Source: an uncultured delta proteobacterium
GTDB taxonomy: Bacteria; Myxococcota_A; Polyangia; Fen-1088
Assembly: GCA_963767925.1 (NCBI GenBank)
Contig: CAVYGB010000010.1
Location: 1,791,626 to 1,855,625, forward strand
DNA: 64,000 bases
Reading direction: 5' to 3'
The notes beneath the pieces were generated by a model. It did no database searches, was not told where the DNA came from, and saw nothing but the letters and a program-made list of their open reading frames with translations. Position numbers and translations under genes: made by a program. Positions 49,560-59,642 of the stretch are shown piece by piece (within the stretch, counting starts at the first letter, position 1; the number at the start of each line of letters is the position of its first letter).

Positions 49560-50063
49560 GCCCCCCAACCATACGCCGCCGGGCCCCCCCGGCGCCGGGC
49601 TCAGGGACGGAGGCTGGACAGCCGTTCAGGCGGAAGTATCAATCAAAATTGGCCCCAGCGCAGCGAGCTTCGCTCCCGCCCCGGAGGGCCCCGTCGGTGG
49701 CCCCGAGGAAGGCAAAGCTCCGACCGCCCCCCCCCCCCCCTCCATCGAAGCCGGGCTCTGGGCCCTCCCCCCTTGCGCCCCTCGCCCGACCCTTTTTTGG
49801 CCCGGGCCGCGACGCCGGCCGGTCGCCAGTACTGACGTACGAAGGTACGTGCGTGCGTCGGCACGAACCAAGGCGCCAGGGCGCCAGAGCGCGCGCGCAC
49901 GCCCGTACGTACGTACGTTTTTAACGTGGGGGGCGGCCTAAGCACCTTTTGGGGGCGGAGCGCGGTTACATAAGACGAACCAGGCCCAGGTCCGTCCGGC
50001 GCGCGCGCTCCAGGCGTTTCGGTTCGGGGCCCCCCCGGTCTTTTCGCCTCTGGAGGTAAACCT

Positions 50064-50280
50064 GTCGGAGGGGGATCCTTTCTGCGTCTGGCGTCGGGCA
50101 CCCCGGTCGCTTCGCTCGGCGCCTCCCCGCAAACCCGCTTCGCGGGCTCAGGCTGACTTTTCCGGCTCCCCCCGCAAGGCGGGTCCCCCCCAAAAAAGGG
50201 TCAGCCCTCGGCGGGGAGGAGCCGGCTGCACTCCCTTGGAAGGGTGCCCCGACGCCAGACGCAGAAAGGACCCCTTCGAC
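50064..50280. promoter_or_regulatory. Long nested inverted repeat, Frpo/ssi-like ssDNA fold-back element
   Basis: Outer arms 50064-50103 and 50242-50280; inner stems 50117-30/50211-24 and 50151-57/50200-06; two small hairpins. Confidence 0.7.
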
Positions 50281-50281
50281 C

Positions 50282-51892
50282 ATGACACCACCAACCTCCT
50301 TCAATCCTTCCTTCGAACCGAACGGCCAGACGAGCGGCCCTGCTGAGCAGGCAGACCAGACCCCGGGGGCCTGTTCCGGCCCCCTGCCCCCCGAAGTGGG
50401 GCATTCCCCGGCCCGCCCCTCAGCCTCCGCAATCTCCCTCGAAGAGCAGGACGGAGCGGGGCGGTTCGTCGCCAGCGGGAAAGATGTTCCCCCGGCAGTA
50501 GGGCCATCGGCTACCTACTCGCCTGAAGACAACAAGCTTCGGTTGTACCCGTTCGAGCGGTTGGACAAGGAGACCTATGAGCGTGTCTTGGCCGCCGGGT
50601 TCAGCTGGGCCCCGAAACAAGAGCTCTTCGTAGCTCCGGCGTGGACGCCCCAGCGGGCCGATCTGCTGGTCGAGCTGTGCGGCGACATCGGCGACGAAGA
50701 CATGTCGCTGGTCGAGCGGGCCGAAGACCGAGCGGAGCGCTTCGGCGAGTACAGCGAGAACCGCGCGAGCGAAGCGGAGGCCGGCCGTGCTGCAGTCGAC
50801 CGCCTCACCCAGGGGATACCGCTGGGACAGCCGATCCTGGTGGGGCACCATTCCGAACGGCGTGCGCGCAAGGATGCCGAGCGGATCGAGGCGGGCATGC
50901 GCAAGGCCATCCGCGCCTGGGAGACCTCCGAATACTGGCGGCGCCGGGCCGCGGGCGCCCTCCGAGCGGCGAAGTACAAAGAACGCCCCGATGTCCGTCA
51001 CCGTCGGATTAAACGCCTCGAGTCGGACCTCCGGCGGGAGCAAAAGCGAGTCAAGCAATCGACGAGCTTTTCGGCGATGTGGGCCCGCGAAGGCCTGACC
51101 CTCGAGCGAGCGACAGCGCTCTCCAACTACGACCATGTGACCGTGAAGCGCGACGGAGATACGTTCGGCTTCTCCCTGTATTCTCTGCTCAGCCGGGGCG
51201 AGCTTGCAGCCGCGGAGGCGGCAGCGATAGCTATCGACCACCACGCGAGGGTGGTGGCGCATGCTTCCCGCTGGAGCAGCCACCTCGAAAACCGGATCGC
51301 CTACGAGCGGACGATGCTCGGTGAGGACGGCGGGCTGCCGGCCGACCGGTTCGCAATCGAGGTCGGAGGGCGGGTGCTCATCCGCGGTTTTCGCGGCGAC
51401 GAGTGGGCAACGGTCATGAGGGTCACGCGCAAGGCGGGTCGGATCCTCAGCGTTCGCACGAACTCGCAAGGCGTCTCGCTGCGCTCGGTCGAGGAGATCC
51501 GTGACTATCAGCCTCCGGCCGAGGGGGCTCGCGACGCTGTGATCATGGCGAGGAAGCTGCCCCCGCTGACGAACTACCCGCAGCCGGCGGCGCTGGAGCT
51601 AACCCGAGCGGAGTGGGACCGGACCCATCGAGATTTCAAGGGCACCCTCTTGGCGAAGGCGACGAAGGAGCACGGTGCGCATCGGTACCGGAGTCGCATG
51701 AAAGGCGGCGGGCTGGTGCCCGTCTTCATCACGGACGCGAAGCGCGTGGACCCGCCAGCGGCTCACGCGGCACCGTCCGGCGCCCTCGTGGTGCCCCGGG
51801 TGGAGCCCGACCTGTCGTCGATGGTCGCCGCGTCCCGCGCCCGCGCCGGGACCGCATCAGCTAACCCGGCCGGGGAGGCGTTCGTGGCCATG
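50282..51892 (+). pseudogene. DUF3560-domain protein, 5' part of a gene split by IS21
   Basis: ATYSPEDNKLRLY, GF.WAPKQ, IPLGQPILVGHHSE.RAR.D. Confidence 0.85.
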
Positions 51893-51898
51893 TGCGGA

Positions 51899-52052
51899 TT
51901 TCGGCCCATCGTGAACGCGAAGATCGGTCCATCGTGAACGGGCGGATCGGTCCATCGTGAACGCCTAGATCGGCCCATGGTGAACGCCGGGATCGGGCAT
52001 CGTGAACGCCCGGATCGGCCATCGTGAACGAGCAGATCGGCCATCGTGAACG
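51899..52052 (+). repeat. Seven tandem 22-23-bp IS21 left-end repeats
   Basis: Core gatcgg(n)ccatcgtgaacg separated by 4 variable nt; three inverted copies at ~54504-54567. Confidence 0.92.
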
Positions 52053-52169
52053 CCGGTGACGGCGGGGCGGTGATCGGGGAGAAGGAGAGCTCACCGGACG
52101 GCCGGGAGCGGCCCGAAGGAAGTGACGCTGGATGGTCATTTTGGCCACCGGCCTCCGCAAGGAGCGCCG

Positions 52170-53731
52170 ATGGCCACGGAGAGACTGTCCATGCGAAAGA
52201 CACGCGAGATTCTGAGGCAGAAGTGGTTGCTGGGGCGCGGGTACCGCGAGGTTGCCCGCAGCGTCGAGGTGAGCCTGGGGGCGGTGTGGCTGGCGGTGCA
52301 GCGGGCGACGGAGGCGGGGCTGGACTGGCCGGCAGTCGAAGAGATGGACGACGCGGTTCTCGAGGCGCGGGTGTACGCCCGCGAGGCGATGGCCGGGCGC
52401 TCGCGGCCAGTACCCGACTGTGCGCGCATCGACATCGAGCGCCGTCGCCTCGGCGTGACCCTCGAACTCCTGCACCTCGAGTACGTAGAGCAGCATCCAG
52501 ACGGGTACAGCTACACGCAGTTCTGCGAGTACTACCGTCGGTGGCTGGCCCGGCAGCGGCTGTCGATGCGGCAGATCTACCGAGCCGGCGAGAAGGCCTT
52601 CGTGGACTACTCGGGCAAACGACCAGCGGTGGTCGACCCCGAGACCGGGGAGCAACGCCAGGTTGAGCTCTTCGTGGCGGTGCTGGGCGCCTCCAACTTC
52701 ACCTACGCGGAGGCGACATGGACTCAGCGGAGCGGCGATTTCATCGCCAGCCATGTGCGCACGCTGGAGTACTGGGGCGGTGTGCCGGCGCTGATCGTGC
52801 CGGACCAGCTGCGCACCGGGGTTTCGGGGCCGCACCGCTACGAGCCCGAGATCCAGAAGACCTACGACGAGATGGCCGAGCACTACGGCACAGCCGTGCT
52901 GCCCGCGAGGCCACGCTCGCCCCGGGACAAGGCCAAGGTCGAGGTGGCCGTCCAGATCGCCCAGCGGTGGATCCTGGCGCGGCTGCGCAACGAGACCTTC
53001 TTCTCGCTGGCGGCCCTCAACGAGCGGATCTGGGAGCTCCTGGAGGTGCTGAACGACCGGCTGATGCGCCGGTACGGCAAGAGCCGCCGCCAGCTCTTCG
53101 AGGAGCTCGACCGTCCGGCGTTGCGCCCGTTGCGCGCCGAGCGCTTCGTGTGGGGCGAGTGGAAGAACGCCGGGGTCAACATCGACTACCACGTGGAAGC
53201 CGAGCATCACTTCTACTCGGTCCCCTTCACCCTGGTGCGCGAGCGGGTGGAGGTCCGGATCAGCGCCGCCACGATCGAGATCTTTCACCGGGGCCGCCGG
53301 GTGGCTTGCCACGTGCGCAGCTTCGCCGCGGTCGATTCACCACCATCCCCGAGCACATGCCCAAGATCCATCGCGACCACGCCGAGTGGACTCCGACGCG
53401 GATGATCCGGTGGGCCGAGACGGTCGGACTGCGCACGGCGGAGCTCGTCGAGGCGATCATCCGCGAGAAGCCCCATCCCGAGCACGGGTATCGCGCCTGC
53501 CTGGGGATCTTGCGGCTCGGCAAGCGGTACGGCGAGACACGGCTGGAGGCTGCCTGCGCACGCGCCGTGGTGGTCCGCGCCCGCACCGTCGACAGCGTCG
53601 GCTCGATCCTGATGAAGGGCCTCGACCGCCAGCCGCTGCCCACGCCACCCGTCGAGCCGTCCCGACCTTCCTTCACCCACGAGAACGTCCGAGGACCCGA
53701 GTACTACGACACCCAGGAGAAACCATGCTGA
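52170..53731 (+). pseudogene. istA: IS21 DDE transposase with one apparent frameshift at ~53325
   Basis: FVDYSG, LGASNFTY, VPDQLR, PRDKAKVE; C-terminal HENVRGPEYY in the adjacent frame. Confidence 0.9.
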
Positions 53732-54465
53732 CCGAACAGACGATGGACAAGCTCAAGACCATGCGGCTCGACGCCCTCGCCACCGCATGGACCGAGCAAC
53801 AAAAGAACCCGGAGATCGCTGGCCTGTCGTTCGACGAGCGACTGGGCCTGCTCGTCGACGCCGAGCACCTCTTCCGAGAGAACCGCCGGCTGCGCCGACT
53901 ACTCAAGGACGCCAAGCTCCGGATCGGCCAGGCCTGCATCGAGAACGTCGACTACAACCCCAAACGCGAGATCGACAAGGCCGTCGTCCGCCAGCTCGCC
54001 ACCTGCCGCTGGGTGCAGGAGCACCACGCGGTGATCATCACCGGGATGACTGGAACCGGGAAGACCTACCTGGCCTGTGCACTCGCCCAGCAGGCCTGTC
54101 GACGTGGACACTCCGCCCTCTACCGCCGCGCCTCCCGCCTCTTCGACGAGCTGGCCATCGCCCGTGCCGATGGCAGCTACGCTCGGCTGCTCGGCAAGAT
54201 CGCGCGGGTCGACGTCCTGGTCATCGACGACTGGGCGCTGACGGCCCCGCGCGAGGCCGAGAAGAACGACCTGCTCGAGGTCCTGGAGGACCGCTGCGGC
54301 AACCGAGCCACCATCATGACCAGCCAGGTCGACCCCAAGCACTGGCATCAGCTTCTCGGCGATCCAACCGTCGCCGACGCCATCGTCGACCGAGTCCTCC
54401 ATCGAGCCCACAAGATCGTGTTAAAGGGACCCAGCAAGCGCAAAGAGGAGACCACCAACCCCTGA
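53725..54465 (+). CDS. istB: IS21 helper AAA+ ATPase
   Basis: GMTGTGKT, LVIDDW, ADAIVDR. Confidence 0.95.
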   Translation: MLTEQTMDKLKTMRLDALATAWTEQQKNPEIAGLSFDERLGLLVDAEHLFRENRRLRRLLKDAKLRIGQACIENVDYNPKREIDKAVVRQLATCRWVQEHHAVIITGMTGTGKTYLACALAQQACRRGHSALYRRASRLFDELAIARADGSYARLLGKIARVDVLVIDDWALTAPREAEKNDLLEVLEDRCGNRATIMTSQVDPKHWHQLLGDPTVADAIVDRVLHRAHKIVLKGPSKRKEETTNP

Positions 54466-54576
54466 CCACTCATCACCAGCGTCGCTTCGCTCCGACCAGA
54501 CCCCGTTCACGATGGTCCGATCGCTCCGTTCACGATGCTCCGATCGCGGTGTTCACGATGACCGAAATGCGCAGCC

Positions 54577-55107
54577 ATGCGCCAGACGCTGAACCAGGGG
54601 GTCACGGTGATCTCGGCCCCGCAGCTGTTCCCGACGCCCGGCGCCCTGGCCGCCCGCATGGCCGAGCTGGCCGAGCTGGCCCCCGGACAGCGCGTGCTCG
54701 AGCCCAGCGCGGGCACCGGTGCTTTGCTCTGCGCGGTCCGCGCTCGGTGCCACGACCTGGTGGTCACCGCGGTGGAGCTGTCCAGCGGACTGGCCAAGGG
54801 GCTACGGGCGGCCGGCGAGGACGCCCGGCAAGGTGATTTCCTAGAGTGCCGGGATCTCGGGAAGTTCGACAGGATCGTCATGAACCCTCCGTTCGATCAC
54901 GGCGCCGACATCAGACACATCCTCCACGCCGAGAAGATGCTGGCGCCCGGCGGAAAGCTGGTCGGCCTCTGCTCAGGCGGGCCCCGCCAGGAGGCTACCC
55001 TGCGGCCGATGGTCGAGGCATGTGGCGGAGTCTGGGAGGAGCTTGCAGCAGGGACGTTCGTGGGCACTTCAGTTCGAGCGGTGCTCTTCACCCTGCGCGT
55101 CGGCTGA
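54577..55107 (+). pseudogene. Class I SAM-dependent adenine methyltransferase domain, 3' part of the split DUF3560 gene
   Basis: QLFPTP, VLEPSAGTG, MNPPF; in frame with 50282 once the IS and one TSD copy are removed. Confidence 0.88.
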
Positions 55108-55251
55108 GCGTGCCCTCCCCCGCGGGGCGCTTCGGCGCCCCCCGGGTACCGGGTGCCGTGCCCGGGGGGGCGGGGGCTCCGTGCCTTGCTCGAGGACCCA
55201 CGGGGGGGCTTGTCCCAGAGGCCGCGCCGGCGCGGCCAGGGCGGACATCCT

Positions 55252-55494
55252 TCAGCCCTTCTTGGAGCGTGGGTCCTTTCCGTAGGTGTACTCACGCTCG
55301 AAACGCCCTTCCCCGTTCTGGATCTTGACTTGCCCCAGGCCGGTCTTCTTCGCCTGTTCCTTCGCGAACGCAATGGCCTCGCTCTTCTTCTCGAAAGTGC
55401 CGCTCGCGCGAGAGCCGCCCTCCTTTTGTACCTTCCACGACCCCTTCGTCGAAGCGGGTTGGACCCAGTAGATTCTTCGCTCAGTGTCAGGCAT
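55252..55494 (-). CDS. DUF2188-family small protein
   Basis: WKVQKEGGSRAS..F.KK.EAI..AK, I….G…E.TYG.DP…KG. Confidence 0.85.
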   Translation of the reverse strand: MPDTERRIYWVQPASTKGSWKVQKEGGSRASGTFEKKSEAIAFAKEQAKKTGLGQVKIQNGEGRFEREYTYGKDPRSKKG

Positions 55495-55815
55495 GGCTCG
55501 AAGGTACGTCGGTTTCGAGCGCGCGGGAAGGAGCGATGAAAGAACCGTCGGCAGACCTGGCCGCCCCGACCCGGCCGAAGCGTCGCAGCCAGGCAGAGCG
55601 TGACCGCGACCTGGCTGGAGGCCTCTGGCGGCTACTCCAGCGACGGCACCGGGCGCGGCCAGCTCCGCGAGATCGATGTACGGACTTTGACGGTTCAGAC
55701 GCGGGGCTGGCCGAGCGCGGTGGCTTCCTTCACCTCGCCGTCGATCCCGGTTTCAGCGTGGCCAAGGGAGTGCGGCCGTGCCCAGACCCGTCTTGTGGGC
55801 CTTGGCCGGGCGCGA

Positions 55816-57190
55816 TCATCGATGGATGGGGGCCGGGTCGGGCACCTCGTCGCCGCGGCTAACCGGGGTGGGTTGCGCCGTGGCGGCTGGCGCTGGCCGC
55901 TGTGGTGGAGTGGGCTGGCAAGGGTTGTTGTTGTGAAGGTCCACCTGCTGGTGCAGCGCCACCTGAATCTGCAGCGACGTCCCGAGCGGCACGACGCCTG
56001 CGGGTGGCGGCGCGAGATTGCAGGTGGCCGAGTCGATGGCTCCAAAGGATTGCGTGGTCTTGAGATCCCTAAACCAGTGAAGTTTCTCCGGGTTGGTGTC
56101 GCAGGCGCCCGAGGGCACCAGCGTAACCAGACCCTGGTAGGGGTACTGGGCCGTGGAGTGGCAGCTGATGCAAGACGACACCGGATTGTCGACCGGGCCA
56201 TTGAGCCGTCCTGCCCAGCCCAGGTGGCCTTTGGCGTAGGCAGGCGCATCGTCGCTGATGAAGGTCTCTTTGAGCTTCTTTCCCGCCGCCTGACTCTCCG
56301 GAGTGAACGTGGGATCGTCGCCGAACATCAGCCCCACCGCCGCGAGCTTGTGCCAGCCGTCAGCCGCGGTGGCATTCTTGTCGTACGCGAACGTGCCGTA
56401 CACCCAGCCGGTTGGGGACCGCGTGTCCCGAGCGGCCACGTCCTTGGAGCAGGCGAACCTGTCGCAGCTGTCCAGCGACGGCGATGGACCAGGCCGGCGC
56501 ATCCGTGGTGATGTCCCCGCCGGGCGGGAAGTTGGTCGCGTCCGCCTCGGTGAAGAGGACCTTGAAGACGACCGTCCCGCTGTTGAACTTCGCGGCCGAG
56601 GCCTTCGGCTTGGACGGATCCTTCCAGACTTTGCCGATCGCGTACCCACCGCGAGCGTTGTAAAATCCGACGGCGTAGTTGCGCGCAGGCTTGATCAGCC
56701 CGAGCTCCCCGACGGGCAGCACCCGTTCGCTGGTCAGACCTCGGATGGCCTCTCGAGCGTTGCCTCCGTAGTTCATCAGCGGCACGTGGTACCACTTACG
56801 AACCGTGTTGGCTTCGGGACGAAAGTCTGCCGCCACCATGCCGTCGAGGGCGTAGTCGCGGACCGCATACAGGTACTTGGTCGCCTCGACGGCGTTCTTT
56901 TTGAAGTTGATGGTCTTCCAGGGAAGGTTCTCAGGCCCGGGCAACGTAGCCGGGTAGCTCTGAGACAGCTTGAAGACGGCGCCGCTGTATCCCGAAGGAA
57001 GGGAGGTCTTGCGAACGATGAAGTCGGCGAATTTTCCTTCACACGAAGCGACAAAGAGACCGGTGCTCGATGGGTTTCCGGTCCCTGTCACGTCGATGCA
57101 GGTAGCGGCGCCGGCGCACGGGGGCGCGGCTGCCGCGATCGTCGGTACCGAGGTCAGGGTCAGGGCTGCCAGAGCGAGGACGTTCCGCAT
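55816..57190 (-). pseudogene. Secreted protein with one CxxCH heme-c motif; apparent frameshift at ~56445
   Basis: Signal peptide; WYHVP, RLLQ/DVAARD junction, GWVYGTF, GRLNGPVDNP.SSCISCH. Confidence 0.7.
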
Positions 57191-57279
57191 GGGCAATGAA
57201 CGCGAAGGGGCTCACTTATTTCCTGAGCCTGACCCGCGGGCGGGGGCGCACGAGAGGATGACCGGGGGCAGCCGGCGAA

Positions 57280-57714
57280 TCACTCGTCGCCGGCTTCACG
57301 GATTTCGAGGCGACACCCGAACCCCTCGTAGGTCATCAGCAGGCGGCCCACCTCAAGCCACGACAGCTCCACGTCGTCGACCAGGAGGATGGGCAGCCCC
57401 TCCTCGTCCAGCGGGGAGCCGGGCGCGCAGGTGATCTGCCCCCGCAACACATCGCCGGCCAGGTGAAGGTGTCCGTCGGCGTCGCGAACGACGTGCCGCT
57501 CGGACAGGCGCTTGGCGATTCGCGCCCGGAGCTCGCCGAGGGGCGCGGCGGCCTCCGCGGACACCGAGAATCTCTGCCCTACGGCCCCACCGGCCAGCAC
57601 TTCAGCCGCCTCGAGAAACGCCGGGTGGTGCTGCCGCAGGCGGAAGCGTCTCGGGTTGCCCTCGGCGTCTCGAAATTCTTCGTTCCACGGGTGCTCAGCG
57701 GCTGTGGTGCGCAT
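57280..57714 (-). CDS. Conserved hypothetical protein
   Basis: RBS aaggag just after the recombinase stop; P.LLVD…LSW..VG.LL.TYEGF..RL motif. Confidence 0.65.
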   Translation of the reverse strand: MRTTAAEHPWNEEFRDAEGNPRRFRLRQHHPAFLEAAEVLAGGAVGQRFSVSAEAAAPLGELRARIAKRLSERHVVRDADGHLHLAGDVLRGQITCAPGSPLDEEGLPILLVDDVELSWLEVGRLLMTYEGFGCRLEIREAGDE

Positions 57715-57723
57715 CGGTCTCCT

Positions 57724-58791
57724 TCACGTAGCGCCGTCGCTCGACGGGATCTTCTCCAAGCCCTCGCCAAGCACGGGAACGACCGTCGCCAGCTCGGCGA
57801 AGTCGAGGTGATCGATGTAGCGCTGGGTGGTCTGGATGCTGGCGTGGCCGAGAAGCCGCCGGAGGACGTGAATCTTGCCTCCGTTCTTCATGACCAAAAC
57901 GGCATACGTATGTCGCATGCCATGGGTCCGGACGTTCTTGGTGACCCCTGCCCTCTTGAGCAGTTTGCGAACGCGCCGGCGCACGCTCCGAGTCGAGAGC
58001 CGGGCGGACTGGCCGCGCTGGCCGGCGGCGCGATCGTGTGCCATGAACACCGGCCCCGGGTGGCCGAGCTGCCGGCCCGTGCTGGTCAGGTACTCGCGGA
58101 TGGCGTCGAGAACGGGGGGCCGTATGGGCACGAGGCGCTCCCTGCCCCGCTTGCCTCGAACCTTGAGGACGGCGGTGCCTCCCAGGTCCTGGCGGATGTC
58201 CATGCAGTCGAGAGCGGTGAGCTCGGCCGAGCGGAGGCCGGCGCCGAGCAGGACCATCACCATGGCCCTCTCGCCGACGGTTGCACGACATTGTCCCAGC
58301 AGCTCGTCGATCTCCCGTTCGACGAGGACCTCGGGCGCGTTGACGGTGTGGACCTCTGGCATCTTCAGGACGCCGAGGGCGTGTTCGAGGGGGAAGTGGA
58401 GATCGCCCAGTACCTCCCAGCACCAGCGCAGGAAGCTGCGAACCGCGCTGATCGCGAAGGCCTTCGACGCCGGCGCGAGGTCCGCCCGGCTGGTGATCGC
58501 AGCCCGGAGCCCCGCCAGCCGCGCCACCGTGAGCTCATCCAGCCGTCTGGAGCGCATGGTCACGAAGGCTTTGAGGAGGTGGGCCAGGTAGTTGCGTCGG
58601 GTGTGGGGGCTGTCGCAGGCGGACCTCACGAACGCCTCGGCCAGGTCGCCCAGCTCGTCGCGCTGAGCGCGCCCTCGCGATGGCGCCGGCGGCGCGGCGG
58701 TCGGCGGCGCCGACACGGCGGTCGGTGGCGCCGACACGGCGGTCGGTGGCGGCGCGGGCGCCAGCTCCTTCAGCTCGAGCTGCAGCTGCAT
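57724..58791 (-). CDS. Tyrosine recombinase (XerC/D-like)
   Basis: GLRSAE, RGKRGRER, HGMRHT, LLGH…TTQRY; N-terminal PPTAVSA repeat (21-bp unit, ~58697-58752). Confidence 0.92.
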   Translation of the reverse strand: MQLQLELKELAPAPPPTAVSAPPTAVSAPPTAAPPAPSRGRAQRDELGDLAEAFVRSACDSPHTRRNYLAHLLKAFVTMRSRRLDELTVARLAGLRAAITSRADLAPASKAFAISAVRSFLRWCWEVLGDLHFPLEHALGVLKMPEVHTVNAPEVLVEREIDELLGQCRATVGERAMVMVLLGAGLRSAELTALDCMDIRQDLGGTAVLKVRGKRGRERLVPIRPPVLDAIREYLTSTGRQLGHPGPVFMAHDRAAGQRGQSARLSTRSVRRRVRKLLKRAGVTKNVRTHGMRHTYAVLVMKNGGKIHVLRRLLGHASIQTTQRYIDHLDFAELATVVPVLGEGLEKIPSSDGAT

Positions 58792-59132
58792 CGACGACCA
58801 TCATAGGTCGCTCTGAACGTCTGTCTAGTCCCCTGCCCTCCTCGCCGGTCGCTACTGCCCGGCTGGGCTGCCTCGGGCGGTGGAGGTGGGTGCTCAGGGG
58901 ATTTAGCGGACCCTTGAAACTGCCGAAATGATGTAGGCGCCCTGGGCAGAGCGTCCGGGCTTGCCGGTCGATATCCTCTGCGCCGGCAGGCCTTCACGAC
59001 ACACGCGGCTGCGTAGATCACGGTCCCGGCCGCTCATGGAGCTTGGCTCATCGAGCGAGAGGGCCAGTACGGGCCGAAGAGCCCTGAGGAAGGTCGCGGT
59101 GAAGACAACAGCGAGTGTTGAAGCCGGAGCTC

Positions 59133-59609
59133 TCAGGAACAGTCTTTAGGGCACGAGCATCGGTTCTCATCGGCAGTGCAGACACCGTCGCCGCAAGCGA
59201 GACACACGAAAGCGCTCGGCGGAGCAGTGGCCTGACATTCACCCCCTACAGGGGCCATTGGATGCTCAGCCACCAAACCGGAGCAACAATGAGCGCAAAT
59301 GTGTTTGCCGTCGTAAGTCTCGCCTGCGTTACGACACGCACCATACAGTCCGCCGTGCTGAAAGCAAAAGCCCGGGCGCACTCCCTCACAGCAACCAAGT
59401 CCCTCGTCAGGCGCGCAACACGTGTACACGCCATGCATGGTGCGCCCGGGTCCGTCGCCGGCGGCGTCGACATCCGTAGTCACATCGACAGTCGTATCGA
59501 CAGGCGAATCGACAGTCGCATCGCTCCTGGGTCGCCGCCCATCCGCTCGATCGCAGCCGCAAAGACTTGTCGCGACGAGCAGACTCGCGAGCGATCCCAG
59601 GAGTCGCAT
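59133..59609 (-). CDS. Cys-rich lipoprotein
   Basis: LCGC lipobox; C-terminal CGDGVC…E…CPKDC. Confidence 0.7.
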   Translation of the reverse strand: MRLLGSLASLLVATSLCGCDRADGRRPRSDATVDSPVDTTVDVTTDVDAAGDGPGRTMHGVYTCCAPDEGLGCCEGVRPGFCFQHGGLYGACRNAGETYDGKHICAHCCSGLVAEHPMAPVGGECQATAPPSAFVCLACGDGVCTADENRCSCPKDCS

Positions 59610-59642
59610 GTGATTCAGGTAATGACGCTCCGGCGGCACCGC

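Larger units (their letters stand above)
51893..54573 (+). mobile_element. IS21-family insertion sequence
   Basis: TGCGGATTTCGG … CCGAAATGCGCA; 6-bp TSD gccatg at 51887-92 and 54574-79. Confidence 0.95.

Noticed and set aside
51899..52052. CRISPR-like or iteron-like repeat array
   Set aside because: Spacers are only 4 nt, inverted copies occur at the other IS end, the array lies inside TG…CA termini with a TSD, and no cas or rep gene is present. These are IS21 end repeats.
53300..53345. Programmed frameshift in istA
   Set aside because: No slippery heptamer is visible and istA is normally one ORF; a missing base (error or mutation) is simpler.
54577..55107. Independent restriction-modification methyltransferase
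   Set aside because: Its ATG is part of the IS target duplication and it is in frame with the upstream DUF3560 part; no cognate endonuclease is adjacent.
57724..58791. Integron integrase with cassette array
   Set aside because: Lacks the IntI-specific insertion between the catalytic boxes, and no recurring attC-like sites were seen around the cargo genes.
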